A stretch of 64,000 nucleotides of DNA from Polyangiaceae bacterium (GCA_044376115.1 JBILLK010000003.1:192001-256000), one strand, 5' to 3'. Counted from the stretch's first letter, positions 47,299 to 58,102 are shown. Translations and numbers: made by a program. Notes: generated by a model not told the origin, from the sequence alone.

Positions 47299-50200
47299 AT
47301 GCAACCTAGCGGTCGTCTCGGCGGCAGATTCGAGTTGCTAGCTCAGGCGGGGGCCGGTGCGTCGAGCAAGGTCTACAAGGCTCGGGACTCGCTCGATGGT
47401 GATCGGCTCGTCGCAGTGAAGATGCTCGCCGAGATGTCGGATGAAGCGGTCGAACGTTTTGAACGCGAGGCACGCCTGCTGGCCTCGCTCGATCACCCTG
47501 CGGTCGTTCGCTACATCGCTCACGGCACAACGACCCAGGGGAGTCCTTGGCTTGCCCTCGAATGGTTGGCTGGCTGCACGCTGGCGGAGCGCGTTGATGA
47601 GCGGTTACTTACGGTGCTCGAGGCAGTCAGCCTCGCTCGCTCGATCTTGACTGGCTTGGAGGCGCTGCACGCGCGAGGTGTGGTGCACCGAGACGTAAAA
47701 CCCGCCAACATCATGCTTGTCGAGGGTGAGCCCGCGCGAGCAACGCTGCTCGATCTGGGCGTGGCGCGTTTTCTTCATGCCCAGGTTGAACTGACGATGA
47801 AGGGGCAGCTGATTGGTACGCCCGCGTACCTCGCCCCCGAGCAAGCCCGAGGATCTCGCAGCCTGGATGGCAAGGTCGACATGTTCGCGCTTGGCGTCGT
47901 GCTTCACCGAGCGTTGAGCGGCATGCGGCCGTTCAGCGCGCCCGAGACCCTCGAGCTGCTATTGAAGATCCTCTTTGACGAACCGCCGCGACTGAGCGAG
48001 CTGGTCGCCGACGTTCCGCCGCAGCTCGACGAGCTGTGTGTGGCGCTGCTCGCGAAGAAACCCGAGCAGCGCCCAACGGCAAAGGAGGCTCTCGCTGTGG
48101 TCGTTGCGCTCGAGGCGCAGCTGCGGAAGCAGCCAGCGGCAAAAGTGCCACGTCAAGCCACAGCTCGAGGCGTGGTGCCTGGGCGCGGGCTCTCGCTGGC
48201 AGAACGGAAGACTGTTTGTTTGGCCGTCGCACGCTGCTTCTCCTCGTCGATCGAGGCTGCGCGTTCTGGCGTTGCACGAGCCGAGAAGGAGCTGCGACAG
48301 CATGGCGTCGCACTCAGCCTGCTCGCAGACTGTTCGTTCCTGCTGGCGCCGGAGAACCCTGACAGCGCAAAGGTTGATACGCCCATGTTGGCAGCGCGAG
48401 CCGCTCTGGCCTTCGCTTCATGGGTGCCCGATGCGGCTGTCGCCGTGGCTTCGGTCCGCATGGACTTCGCGGACAATGACCTAGAAAAGACGTTGGGACA
48501 CGCGGCCGAACGCGCGGCTCGCATGCTTACGAGTGGTCCCAATCGCTACCCTCGTATCGATGAGGTGACGCGCGCGCTGCTCGGACAGCGGTTCCGTATC
48601 CAAAGCTCGGGCGACACGAATCTGCTCGTCGGAGAAATTGGTGGACCGACCGAGAGTTTGTCCGCGGGCGATCACGGCGCGCTCGTCGGTCGCGAACGAG
48701 AACTCGCGATCCTGCAGTCGGAGTTCGCGCGCTCGCGCGAGAGCCCGCGGATCTTCGCCCTACTTGGCGATGCCGGCATCGGGAAGTCGCGCCTCGCGAC
48801 CGAGGTCTTGCGCTGGGCGGAAGCCGAGGGACGCATCGTGCACATAGCGCGCGCCGAGCCGATGAGTTCGGGCGCGCCGCTGGCGATGCTCGCGCAGATC
48901 ATCCGCACCTGCGCCAAGATCGATCCGACCGAGCCCAAGCTGAGCCGCCAGAAGAAGCTGACCGTCTGCGTTGCGCGAGCCTTGGGGCGCGAATCGCTGG
49001 TGACGGCAGCGTTCCTCGGCGAGCTTATCGGGACGCGCTTCGATGATGAGGACCTCGCGGAGCTGCGAGCAGCGCGAATCGACGCTCGGCTGATGGGCGA
49101 CCGGATTCAGCGGGCGTTCGCCGAATGGCTCGGGGGCGAGTGCCGACGGCAGCGCGTGCTGCTGCTGCTCGAGGACTTGCATTGGGGCGACGTCGCTTCC
49201 GTTCGTCTGGTCGCCGAAGCTGCCTTTCAACTGGATGGTTCACCGTTGCTAGTGCTGGGGCTGTCGCGGCCCGACGCCCCACGCGAGATCTTGCTCGCAC
49301 TCGGTGGCCTTAGCATCGAGCTGGAGGCGCTCTCGCGGCCCGATGCGCTGCGTCTCGTGCGCGCCGCTTTGGGCGAGTCGACCAGCGAGGAGCTGGCCAA
49401 TCGCGTGGTCGATCGAGCCGAGGGAAACGCGTTATTCCTCGAAGAAATTGTGCGCGCCTGCCGGCAAGGACGAGGGGACGAGCTGCCGGAGGCCGTGTTG
49501 GTGATGATTCAGCACCGGCTCGCGGCGCTGAGTCCAAGCAGTCGACGCTTGATGCGCGCAGCCAGCGTGTTTGGCACGAGGTTTCAAGCCGAAGGGTTGG
49601 CGGTCATGTTGCCTGACGTGGACCCAGCCGCGCTGCGTGCAACGCTCGACGAGCTGGTCCTCCGTGAGGTCCTTGCGCCTGCGTTGGAGTCCGACGAGGC
49701 ACCGTCGAGCAGCTACACATTTCGGCATGCGCTGATTCGTGACGCTGCGTACGCGATGTTGGCCGAGGACGATCGGCGCTTCGCGCATCGCGCTGCAGCG
49801 CAGTGGCTCGAACAATCCGGCGTAGCTAGCCACCGAGCCGTTGCGGCTCACTTCGAACAGGGCGCGCTACAGATGCAGGCTGCAACGGCCTATCGAGGGG
49901 CTTCTCAGCAGGCCCTCGAGGGCAATGACTTTCGCTGTGCGCTCGAGCTTGCAGAGCGCGCCGTTGCGTTGGGCTCGGCGGGAACCGAGCTGGGAGAGTT
50001 GCAATTACTGATGGCTGAGGCGCGGCGATGGTGCGGCGAACACAAGCAGGCAGCTCAAGCGGCAGCCCAAGCGCTTGAGTTGCTCGTGCCGCAGAGCGGC
50101 GCTTGGTACGCGGCGCTTGGCGAGTTGGCCTTGGCTAGCGGTCGCATCGGTCGTGTCGAGGAGCTCGATCGGGTCGTGGAGCTGCTCGGTGCTGCCAGCC

Positions 50201-51225
50201 CACCCACGGACCGACATGCGTTGGCGCGGAGGAGAATCGCGGCCGCGCGCGCTGCGATTCATTTGATCACGGGCGGGCAGCTGGCCAAAGCCATGCCCCT
50301 CTATCGCGAGCTTGAGGAGCACGCTGAAAACGATGACGACGCGGTGAAAGCCCGAGTTCAGCAAACTGGGGCGTTCGTCGCCTTGTTGTCTGGCGATTTG
50401 TTTGGCTACCTGGTGCGCATGGTCGCGGCCACCGCTGCGTTCGAGCGCGCTGGGGATCTGCGCGAGGCGGCCATTCAACGCGTCAACGTCGGTAATGCCA
50501 GCCTTCAGTTGGGCATGGCGGAACACGCCGAGGTCGCCCTCACGGCGGCCCTCTCAGCGGGCAAACAAATGCGCCTGAGCAATGTCGTCGCCTATGCCGA
50601 GCACAACCTCGGCATTCTTCGTGCGCGGTGCGGTGCGCCTCATGAGGGACTCGAGCTGGAGGAACGTGCGCGCGAGGCCTTCGCCGCACAAGGCGACCGC
50701 CGAATGGAGGGCGTCGCTCGCATTTATTCAGCTCAGATCCTGCTGCTGCTCGATCGTTTTGGAGACGCGATTGACGAGGCAAAGCTCGCCCTGGAGCTCC
50801 TCGAGCAGAGCCTGCCGGCCAAAGCGTGCGCGTTGGCCACCAAGGCGGCTGCACTGTTGGCTGCTGCGCGCGCAGCCAAACCCTTCGAGCGAGCGGCAAG
50901 GAACGCAGAAGCCCTGCAAGTAGCGCTCTCGGCCCAGGAGATCCTCGATCAGCTTGGCGCACTCGAGGAGGGAGAATTTTTGGTACGAACCACGCTGGTG
51001 GAGGCGTTGCTGGTCTCCGAGCGAACCGCCGAGGCTACCGCTGCGGCTCAGGTTGCGCGGGCGCGTCTGCTCGAACGCGCGCTACGTATCGTGGACCCCA
51101 TCGCGAGGGAGCGGTTCATTTCCCAGGTGCCGGAGAACGCGCGCGCTCTCGAATTGACCGACGTACTTCAGGAGCTCGGCATGCCGACGCTACGTGACCC
51201 AATGTCTCGGCCGCGTAAGGTCTAA
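47299..51225 (+). CDS. Ser/Thr kinase - AAA ATPase - TPR protein
   Basis: HRDVKPAN, DLG, GTPAYLAPE; GDAGIGKSRL, LEDLHWGD, EGNALFLEE, FRHALIRD. Confidence 0.9.
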   Translation: MQPSGRLGGRFELLAQAGAGASSKVYKARDSLDGDRLVAVKMLAEMSDEAVERFEREARLLASLDHPAVVRYIAHGTTTQGSPWLALEWLAGCTLAERVDERLLTVLEAVSLARSILTGLEALHARGVVHRDVKPANIMLVEGEPARATLLDLGVARFLHAQVELTMKGQLIGTPAYLAPEQARGSRSLDGKVDMFALGVVLHRALSGMRPFSAPETLELLLKILFDEPPRLSELVADVPPQLDELCVALLAKKPEQRPTAKEALAVVVALEAQLRKQPAAKVPRQATARGVVPGRGLSLAERKTVCLAVARCFSSSIEAARSGVARAEKELRQHGVALSLLADCSFLLAPENPDSAKVDTPMLAARAALAFASWVPDAAVAVASVRMDFADNDLEKTLGHAAERAARMLTSGPNRYPRIDEVTRALLGQRFRIQSSGDTNLLVGEIGGPTESLSAGDHGALVGRERELAILQSEFARSRESPRIFALLGDAGIGKSRLATEVLRWAEAEGRIVHIARAEPMSSGAPLAMLAQIIRTCAKIDPTEPKLSRQKKLTVCVARALGRESLVTAAFLGELIGTRFDDEDLAELRAARIDARLMGDRIQRAFAEWLGGECRRQRVLLLLEDLHWGDVASVRLVAEAAFQLDGSPLLVLGLSRPDAPREILLALGGLSIELEALSRPDALRLVRAALGESTSEELANRVVDRAEGNALFLEEIVRACRQGRGDELPEAVLVMIQHRLAALSPSSRRLMRAASVFGTRFQAEGLAVMLPDVDPAALRATLDELVLREVLAPALESDEAPSSSYTFRHALIRDAAYAMLAEDDRRFAHRAAAQWLEQSGVASHRAVAAHFEQGALQMQAATAYRGASQQALEGNDFRCALELAERAVALGSAGTELGELQLLMAEARRWCGEHKQAAQAAAQALELLVPQSGAWYAALGELALASGRIGRVEELDRVVELLGAASPPTDRHALARRRIAAARAAIHLITGGQLAKAMPLYRELEEHAENDDDAVKARVQQTGAFVALLSGDLFGYLVRMVAATAAFERAGDLREAAIQRVNVGNASLQLGMAEHAEVALTAALSAGKQMRLSNVVAYAEHNLGILRARCGAPHEGLELEERAREAFAAQGDRRMEGVARIYSAQILLLLDRFGDAIDEAKLALELLEQSLPAKACALATKAAALLAAARAAKPFERAARNAEALQVALSAQEILDQLGALEEGEFLVRTTLVEALLVSERTAEATAAAQVARARLLERALRIVDPIARERFISQVPENARALELTDVLQELGMPTLRDPMSRPRKV

Positions 51226-51253
51226 CGCTTTCGTTCGCGCGTGCGCGGAACGC

Positions 51254-51517
51254 TCATTCCTTCTCGCAGGTATCACCTTGCTTGCTGCAACGAAGGTCCT
51301 TCTTGCACACGTCGGAGCGCGCACAATCACTGGAAGAACCGACGATGCAACCGCTCACGGTGAAGTCCCAGGTACACTTGCCGTTGGTTCGGCACTTTTG
51401 TGAGGCCTCGCACTCGGCTTGATTTTTTGGCGCAGCCTCACCGACGCAGGCGGCGGCGAGGCCCGTAAAAACGACTAGCCCAGCGAAACGCCGAGCTGCT
51501 TGCGCAATCTTGAACAT
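51254..51517 (-). CDS. Small Cys-rich lipoprotein
   Basis: LAAAC lipobox; two C-x5-C-x4-C-like repeats. Overlaps the upstream gene end by 43 nt. Confidence 0.6.
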   Translation of the reverse strand: MFKIAQAARRFAGLVVFTGLAAACVGEAAPKNQAECEASQKCRTNGKCTWDFTVSGCIVGSSSDCARSDVCKKDLRCSKQGDTCEKE

Positions 51518-52935
51518 CGATCCCCCGTCATAAACACGATCAAGTCGTCGATCTTGAGGTCGCGGTCGGACTCGGCCTCGAGCAGCTTCGCTGCGCCTTC
51601 GAGATCATTGGCTAGCAGCAGTCCGGCGCGATTCGCCGTGAGCTCGGCGGCGTGAGCCCAACGCACCAAGTTTGTCCGGCCACCTTCCTCGACGAAGCGA
51701 ATGAAGTGCCCACGCAGCCGGTCCAAGTGCGCCGGTTCGAGCATCGGCACTATCGCTTTGGCGATGGGTTCGGCTCGCTGTCGTACCGCGGCCGCCAAAG
51801 GCAAATGCGGCTGACCGATCGAGAGCGCGGCGAGGAAGATGTCCTCCAGATCGGGGATGTTCGGAAACAGCAGCTTGACGAAGTGCTCTTCGCGCAACGA
51901 AGCCAGCATGCGACCTGCGATGAACGCCAGCTGGCTCGGCGAGCGACCCGAGAGCGATCCGCGTCCGAGCCGTACGACCGGCGGGATGCCGGGCACCATC
52001 TCGCAGGAACCAGCCCACTCCCCGTCGGCGTACAACGCAGGCGCGGTCATGCCCAAGATCGAGGCGGCCCAGCCGAAGGAGCGCACCGCCGAAACGGTGC
52101 TGGTGCGAGGGTCTTGTAGCTTCGCCGGGTCGAGCTTCGGTAGGGCGTTTTGGTGACGCAAGGCGGTTACTCGCCCGAGCAATACGGGGCTCGTCACGAC
52201 CGCGAAGATGTCCCCGGTGAGGACCTCTTCATCCGGGTGGAACAGGTTGCGGCGCCAGCCGTCGGAGCTCAACGACGCGGACGGCCTCAGCATGGCCTTG
52301 GGATCATGACGAAGGTACAGTTCCTGCTCCTTCGCGTTGGCAACGCCCAAGAAGCTGAGCACCTGCGCGACACGCACCGCGCGATCCGGATCGCTCGACT
52401 CGGTGGCCTTGAAGAGCGCGTGCAGACTCTCGACATCGCGCGGGTCGTGGCGGATACGGCGATGAATATCGTCGGGCGAATCCGGCGGAATGTCGCGGTG
52501 GCCGAGGTCCGAGAAATCGACTTCAACGGCCACCTGCGAGCGCGCCTGTTCGAGCTCGGCGCGCAGCATCTCGTTTTCGGCCTCGAGCTCGGCGATGCGC
52601 TTGCGCAGCCCTCGAACCTGCGGGTCATTCTCGGCCTCGAGCGGCCGCAGCGAGGGCGCGACTTCCTCTCCCGTGGTTTGCACGACCTGGATGGCGATGC
52701 GATGCCGACCTTCCCACGCGGCCGTCAGCGCTCGTTCCAGCGCGAAGACGCGGTCGCGGTCCAAGCCGAAGGCGGTGGCAGCCTTCTCTAGCCGTGCGCG
52801 CTCCTCTGCGGTGATCACGCCGTCCTCGAGCGCCTCCGCGAAAAGCTCCTCGTAGTGCGCCTCGAACTTACCGAGCCGAACGTTGCCGGAGAGTTCACCT
52901 TGCTCAAAGCCTTGGCCAACCTCGAAGTCTTGCAT
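51475..52935 (-). CDS. Hypothetical protein: TerB/EF-like N-terminus, coiled coil, myxobacterial helical C-domain
   Basis: EALEDGVITAEERARL; coiled coil; LAFIAGR...ELTANRAGLLL. Confidence 0.7.
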   Translation of the reverse strand: MQDFEVGQGFEQGELSGNVRLGKFEAHYEELFAEALEDGVITAEERARLEKAATAFGLDRDRVFALERALTAAWEGRHRIAIQVVQTTGEEVAPSLRPLEAENDPQVRGLRKRIAELEAENEMLRAELEQARSQVAVEVDFSDLGHRDIPPDSPDDIHRRIRHDPRDVESLHALFKATESSDPDRAVRVAQVLSFLGVANAKEQELYLRHDPKAMLRPSASLSSDGWRRNLFHPDEEVLTGDIFAVVTSPVLLGRVTALRHQNALPKLDPAKLQDPRTSTVSAVRSFGWAASILGMTAPALYADGEWAGSCEMVPGIPPVVRLGRGSLSGRSPSQLAFIAGRMLASLREEHFVKLLFPNIPDLEDIFLAALSIGQPHLPLAAAVRQRAEPIAKAIVPMLEPAHLDRLRGHFIRFVEEGGRTNLVRWAHAAELTANRAGLLLANDLEGAAKLLEAESDRDLKIDDLIVFMTGDRCSRLRKQLGVSLG

Positions 52936-53073
52936 TCCTAACCCACCCTCTCGCAGTACCGAGAGCGCGAAGGTACCCCCGCCGCCGTTGATCGTCGAGC
53001 GGGCTCATCAGGCAAGGGAAAGGTCGTCTTTCGAAGCGGCCCCACCGTCTCGACGCGCTAAGCTGGACCCACG

Positions 53074-53760
53074 ATGAAGCTCCGGTATTTGACGTTTTCG
53101 TTGTTCTCGTTGCTCACCGCCTGTGGCGACGGCGGGTCGCCCAAGAAGGATCCTTCGCCTGCTGCCTCAGCGACCACCACCTCCGCGGCCTCGGGAGACG
53201 CGAAGCCCGCTACCGCGCAGACGAGCGCGCCAGTGACCACGGCCGAGGCAACGGCAAGCTCCACCACCGAGCCAGTCGCTTCTGCGTCGGCCACGGCCGA
53301 GCCGACGAAGACCGGTGATGCCGTTGCTCAAAAGAGCGCCGCCCCTTCGGCGACAGCTACCGCAACGGCTACTGCTACCGCCGTGGCAAGCGCGCCCGAC
53401 GTCAAAGGTGAGGAGAAGAAACAGGCAGCTTTCAGCGCCTATTTGAGTGGAGCCGGCAAGTACGCTGCAGGCTCTCCGGGCAACGTCACTGCGGTGTTGA
53501 ACGCGCTCGGCGAGTACCACGTCAACCCCGACTACCCGATCAAGTTCACGCTCGGTGCAGCTCCTGCAGGTGTTTCCTACGGGGAAACGGTGCTGCGCAA
53601 CGCAACGAAGGGCGACAAGCGCGCCTCGATCAGCATTCCGTTCACGCCGTCTGCCGCTGGCTCCTACACAATCAGCGGCGTTTTCAGCATTGGCGTGTGT
53701 GTCGCCTCGAGCTGCACCAATGAGAAGGTGCCGTTGTCGGTGACCGTCAAGGTCGAGTAG
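53074..53760 (+). CDS. Lipoprotein with Ala/Thr/Ser linker and DsbD-N-like Ig domain
   Basis: LTACGD lipobox; YHVNPDYP...GVCVASSC (CxxxxC). Confidence 0.7.
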   Translation: MKLRYLTFSLFSLLTACGDGGSPKKDPSPAASATTTSAASGDAKPATAQTSAPVTTAEATASSTTEPVASASATAEPTKTGDAVAQKSAAPSATATATATATAVASAPDVKGEEKKQAAFSAYLSGAGKYAAGSPGNVTAVLNALGEYHVNPDYPIKFTLGAAPAGVSYGETVLRNATKGDKRASISIPFTPSAAGSYTISGVFSIGVCVASSCTNEKVPLSVTVKVE

Positions 53761-53822
53761 CGCTCTGACGCAGAGCGGCGCTGCTTGACGCGCGGCAGGT
53801 TTCTCAAGAAAGAGGGCGGGCC

Positions 53823-55433
53823 ATGTTGACCCGCCTCGCGTGCTTTCGAGCCGCTCCGTTTTTGCTGTTGGCTTGTTCGACCCCCGAACCGCTGACGATC
53901 AAGCCGCCTACGTTGGTTGAGGCCGGAGATATTTGGTCGGCCAAACCAGCCGTGGAGCCTGTTGCGGAAGCAGCGCCGACGGCTGATCCGGCACCGTCAG
54001 TGCAACCCGAGCCGGAGCCCGTCGCTGAGGAACCACCGTGGGCCTTCGATCAGAAGGGTGACCGTATCGGCAGCATCAGCTTCCGCACCTGGATCTGGTC
54101 CGAGCCGATGCGCAGCCGGGACCATCTTGCGATCGGCTCGCTGCGCGTGGGTACCTCGGTCAAGTTGAAGTCGAAGGATCCTGTTCCCGGTCAGGGCTGC
54201 AACAACAAGTGGTACGCGATCGAGCCGCACGGCTTCATTTGCTCCGACGTAACCACGACCTTGAAGTTCGATTCGCCCTACTGGAAGGCGCTCGCGATGC
54301 TGCGTCCCGGTAAGGGCGCTTATCCGTACCAGTACGCCTTCTCGATGGGCGCGCCGATGTACTCGCGCATTCCGACGCCTGCCGAGCAAGCCTCCGCTGA
54401 GCGAGAGATGGGTAAGACCAACCGCTTCTACTCGCTCGGTAAATGGAGCGAAGGTCACGAGCGGCTCGTTACCACCAAAGAAGAAGAGGGCTTCAAAGCG
54501 GACGGCAAAGGCATTCCGGAGTTCTACGACGGTACCAAAGGGATCGAGGGCAGCCCGTGGAATCCGGTGATGCCGAAGGTGAAGGTCATCCCTGCTGGAA
54601 GTGGCTTCGCCTACGCACGCGCCTTCGAGGCTGAAGGACGTTTGTGGTTGCTCACCCCGGATCTGTTCTTGATACCGGCCGATCGCGTGTGGCCGTACAA
54701 GACCTCGGACTTCAAGGGCGTGGAGCTCGACGACGAACACACGTTGCCGCTCGCTTGGGTCAAGCCGGTCGCTGGCAAGGAGAAGCTACGCAAAGAAGGC
54801 GAGCGATACGCTGCGGCTGAAGGTCGTTTTGACGGCCGTAAGCCGGTGTACCTAACCGGTTCCAATCAGCGCATCGGCAAGACGGTCTATTGGGAGACGA
54901 AAGACGGTGCGTTCATCGCCGACGACGATGATGTGACGGTGGTGCTCCCGCAGAAGGAGCTGAAGTTCAAAATCAAAGAGGACGAGCGCTGGCTGCAAGC
55001 CTCCATCCTCGGCGGGACGATGACCGCGTTCATCGGACTCAAGCCGGTCTACACCACCATGTGGTCCCCCGGTCTCGGTGGAGTTCCGGTGAAGGGCAAT
55101 AACCCCAAGAAGTTCGCCACGACCGAGCTCGGGATCTTCCCGATTCAGTGGAAGGACAAGGTGGAGCTGATGTCTCCTGATCCCGGCGCGCCCACGGTGT
55201 TCTGGTTCGCCGACGTGCCGTGGATTCAATACGTGCACCCGCCGATGGCGATGCATGTTTCCTATTGGCATGAAGACTTCGGTTACCCGATGAGCGCTGA
55301 ATGTCTCAACACCTCGGCTGCCGATGGGCAGTGGCTGTTCAACTTCACCTTGCCCAAGCTGCCCGAAGACTGGGGCAGCGTCGGGGCTGGTCGGCAAAAC
55401 GGTCCATCCACCAAGATCCACATCATTCCTTGA
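53823..55433 (+). CDS. L,D-transpeptidase family lipoprotein
   Basis: LLAC lipobox; DVPWIQY...AMHVSYWHEDFGYPMSAECLN. Confidence 0.8.
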   Translation: MLTRLACFRAAPFLLLACSTPEPLTIKPPTLVEAGDIWSAKPAVEPVAEAAPTADPAPSVQPEPEPVAEEPPWAFDQKGDRIGSISFRTWIWSEPMRSRDHLAIGSLRVGTSVKLKSKDPVPGQGCNNKWYAIEPHGFICSDVTTTLKFDSPYWKALAMLRPGKGAYPYQYAFSMGAPMYSRIPTPAEQASAEREMGKTNRFYSLGKWSEGHERLVTTKEEEGFKADGKGIPEFYDGTKGIEGSPWNPVMPKVKVIPAGSGFAYARAFEAEGRLWLLTPDLFLIPADRVWPYKTSDFKGVELDDEHTLPLAWVKPVAGKEKLRKEGERYAAAEGRFDGRKPVYLTGSNQRIGKTVYWETKDGAFIADDDDVTVVLPQKELKFKIKEDERWLQASILGGTMTAFIGLKPVYTTMWSPGLGGVPVKGNNPKKFATTELGIFPIQWKDKVELMSPDPGAPTVFWFADVPWIQYVHPPMAMHVSYWHEDFGYPMSAECLNTSAADGQWLFNFTLPKLPEDWGSVGAGRQNGPSTKIHIIP

Positions 55434-56503
55434 AGCATCTACTTGCAGGTCTGGCCGTCGGGCTCTTGGCGTGCTCAGAAGCGAGCTCACCGTCAGCGAG
55501 CGCTATCCAGCCGTCGAACTCAACGGCCGTAGGCGTTGGCTCAACGGCTGTGGTGAGCGCGTCGAGTCCCGTCAGCGCGCCGACCGCCGTTGTCACGGCG
55601 GCCATCGCTGGCGTCTCCACCCCTGACGCCGCGCAGCGGACTCGACTCAAGGCCGACGTTGCGAAGATCGCGATCCGGCGAGCGCCGGGTTCGAGCGGTT
55701 GGAAGACGGTGCAGACGCTGATCAAAGAGCGACTTGTCGAACTCGGTTACTCCCCGCAGCTCGAGCCGTTCGAGCCCGGCGGCGTCAACGTTCTGGCCAG
55801 CAAGCTCGGCTCCAAGAGCCCACAAGAGATCGTGATTCTCTCGGCGCACTACGACCACTTGCAAGGCTGTGACGGCGCTGACGATAACGCCTCGGGGGTT
55901 GCCACTGTGCTGGAGGCAGCACGCTTCTTTCAAAGCAAAACGCTGGAGCGCACGGTGCTGTTGGCCTTTTGGGATCGCGAGGAGAGCGGGCTCGAAGGTT
56001 CCTTGTTTCACGCCAAGGCCGCCAAAGGACGCGGTGATCGCATCACCCAGATGATCTCGCTCGATGGCGTTGGCTTCGCGTCTTCGGCGCCGGGCTCGCA
56101 GCGCTTTCCACCGGGACTCGAGGCACTCCTGCCGGACATCCACGCGCGCGCAGCGAAGAACGACTTCAAAGCCGACTTCATCACCGCGATCGGCGATAGC
56201 GACTCTGCGGAAACCGTGAACAACATGGAGAAGTTCGGGACAGCGCTAAACCAACCGACCTACGGGCTCGCTCTCTCGGTGCTCAAGCGACTCGCGCTCA
56301 GCGACGCCGCTCGTTCGGATCACGCGAGCTTCTGGCTGCATGGTTATCCGGCGATCTTGGTGACGGATACGGCTGACTTTCGAAATCCCCGCTATCACTG
56401 CGGCAATGGCCCAGATTCAGCCGCGAGCCTCGACTACGAGTTCTTGAATCGGGTGACTTCGGTGGTGATTTCCGCAACGGATGCGGCGGCTTCGACGCGC
56501 TGA
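55430..56503 (+). CDS. M28 family metallopeptidase lipoprotein
   Basis: TTGA overlap; LLAC lipobox; SAHYDH, GADDNASG, DREE, RSDH, YH. Confidence 0.88.
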   Translation: MKHLLAGLAVGLLACSEASSPSASAIQPSNSTAVGVGSTAVVSASSPVSAPTAVVTAAIAGVSTPDAAQRTRLKADVAKIAIRRAPGSSGWKTVQTLIKERLVELGYSPQLEPFEPGGVNVLASKLGSKSPQEIVILSAHYDHLQGCDGADDNASGVATVLEAARFFQSKTLERTVLLAFWDREESGLEGSLFHAKAAKGRGDRITQMISLDGVGFASSAPGSQRFPPGLEALLPDIHARAAKNDFKADFITAIGDSDSAETVNNMEKFGTALNQPTYGLALSVLKRLALSDAARSDHASFWLHGYPAILVTDTADFRNPRYHCGNGPDSAASLDYEFLNRVTSVVISATDAAASTR

Positions 56504-56578
56504 TCGTCGTCCAAGCGCTGCGCTCCCTTCGCAGGGTTCTTTCCCGTATCTGCGTCGATGAGGGACAATCGCCGCAGG

Positions 56579-58102
56579 ATGGAACTAGGCATTGATCTCG
56601 GGACGACACGCACGATCGTGGCCGTTCACGACCGGGGCAACTACCCGATCGTCGGGTTCACTTTGGCCAACGGGGACCTCTCGGAGCACTACCCCACCGC
56701 AACGGCTGAGGTTGGTGGGCAGTTGGTTCATGGGATAGACGCTGAGCAAGCCGAACGTGAAGGAGCACCTTGTTTGCGCTCCTGGAAGCGGCTGCTCTCC
56801 CATACCCGGCAGGACGAGCTGATTCGAATCGGCGAGATCGAAGTTGGGCCAGTCGAGTTGGTCACCAGCTTCTTGCTCGCGTTGAAGCAGGACCTGCTCA
56901 CGCGGTCGAACGTCTCCAAGCTGCTGAAGGAGCCGCTGACCGCCGTCATCAGCGTTCCGGCCAACGCACACTCCACCCAACGCTTCGTCACTTTGGACGC
57001 CTTTCGTCGGGCGGGTTTCACCGTGCGCGGCGTCGTGAACGAGCCCTCGGCCGCCGGCGTCGAGTATGCCCACCGTCACAAGAACACGCTGAACTCACGA
57101 CGTGAGCACGTCCTCGTCTACGACCTCGGCGGTGGCACCTTCGATGCGGCGCTCGTGTACATCGCGCCGGGCCACCACGACATCGTGATGACCACCGGAG
57201 TTGCAACGCTCGGTGGCGACGACTTCGACGCGCAGCTTTGCGCGATGGCGCTGGGCAAAGCCAACCGCGCATTTCCCGAATCCCCGCAGGCTCGCGCGGA
57301 TCTGTTGCGCGAGTGCCGCGCGGCGAAAGAGTCGCTCCACCCCAACACCAAGCGCTTGGTGCTAGATCTCGAGGCGCTGGGAGCAGACGCGCCCGAGGAG
57401 CCCGTGGTGATCCAGACCGCCGATTTCTACGAGCGAACCCGGCCTTTGGTCGAGACCACGTTGGAGGCGCTCGACGTGCTCGTGAACGCGCTCAAAGCCG
57501 ATGAGGACGCGAGCGGTGACGTCGCCGGCATCTACATGGTGGGCGGTGCCAGCGGGTTGCCGGTCGTTCCGCGCGTCGTGCGTGAGCGCTTCGGCCGTCG
57601 GGTGCACCGCTCACCGCATCCCGCCTCGGCTACGGCCATGGGCTGCGCGATCTTGGCCGCCTCGCGTGAAGAAGGGGACGAGCTGGTGCTCTCCGAGCGC
57701 TTCTCGCGACACTTCGGCGTCTTTCGCGAGGCCGACACAGGCACGCGCGCTGTCTTCGATCCGGTCTTTCAGAAAGGCACCCCGATGCCGCAACACGGTT
57801 CGGGGCCGCTGGTTGCGACGCGCCGCTACCGAGCGATGCACAACCTCGGGCATTTCCGTTTCGTCGAATCAGGCTACGTGGACGATGCAGGCGACCCGAC
57901 CGGCGACATCACGCCGCACGCGGAGATCCTGTTCCCTTTCGACCGCGATCTAGAGCCTGGGACGTTGCACGCCGTCGAAGTAGGCCGGTTGCACCGTGAG
58001 GGCCCGATGATCGAAGAGCGCTACGAGGTGGATGGAGCCGGCGTGGTCGCCGTCACGATCACGAATCTCGACGAAGGTCGGGGCGCGCGCTTCGTGCTTT
58101 GA
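56579..58102 (+). CDS. Hsp70-family (atypical DnaK-like) protein
   Basis: GIDLGTT, VNEPSAAG, VYDLGGGTFD, LGGDDFD, VGGAS; divergent short C-terminus. Confidence 0.88.
   Translation: MELGIDLGTTRTIVAVHDRGNYPIVGFTLANGDLSEHYPTATAEVGGQLVHGIDAEQAEREGAPCLRSWKRLLSHTRQDELIRIGEIEVGPVELVTSFLLALKQDLLTRSNVSKLLKEPLTAVISVPANAHSTQRFVTLDAFRRAGFTVRGVVNEPSAAGVEYAHRHKNTLNSRREHVLVYDLGGGTFDAALVYIAPGHHDIVMTTGVATLGGDDFDAQLCAMALGKANRAFPESPQARADLLRECRAAKESLHPNTKRLVLDLEALGADAPEEPVVIQTADFYERTRPLVETTLEALDVLVNALKADEDASGDVAGIYMVGGASGLPVVPRVVRERFGRRVHRSPHPASATAMGCAILAASREEGDELVLSERFSRHFGVFREADTGTRAVFDPVFQKGTPMPQHGSGPLVATRRYRAMHNLGHFRFVESGYVDDAGDPTGDITPHAEILFPFDRDLEPGTLHAVEVGRLHREGPMIEERYEVDGAGVVAVTITNLDEGRGARFVL

Noticed and set aside
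47299..51225. Anti-phage Avs/STAND defence system
   Set aside because: No nuclease or other effector domain; kinase-AAA-TPR proteins are a common myxobacterial signalling class and there is no defence-island context.
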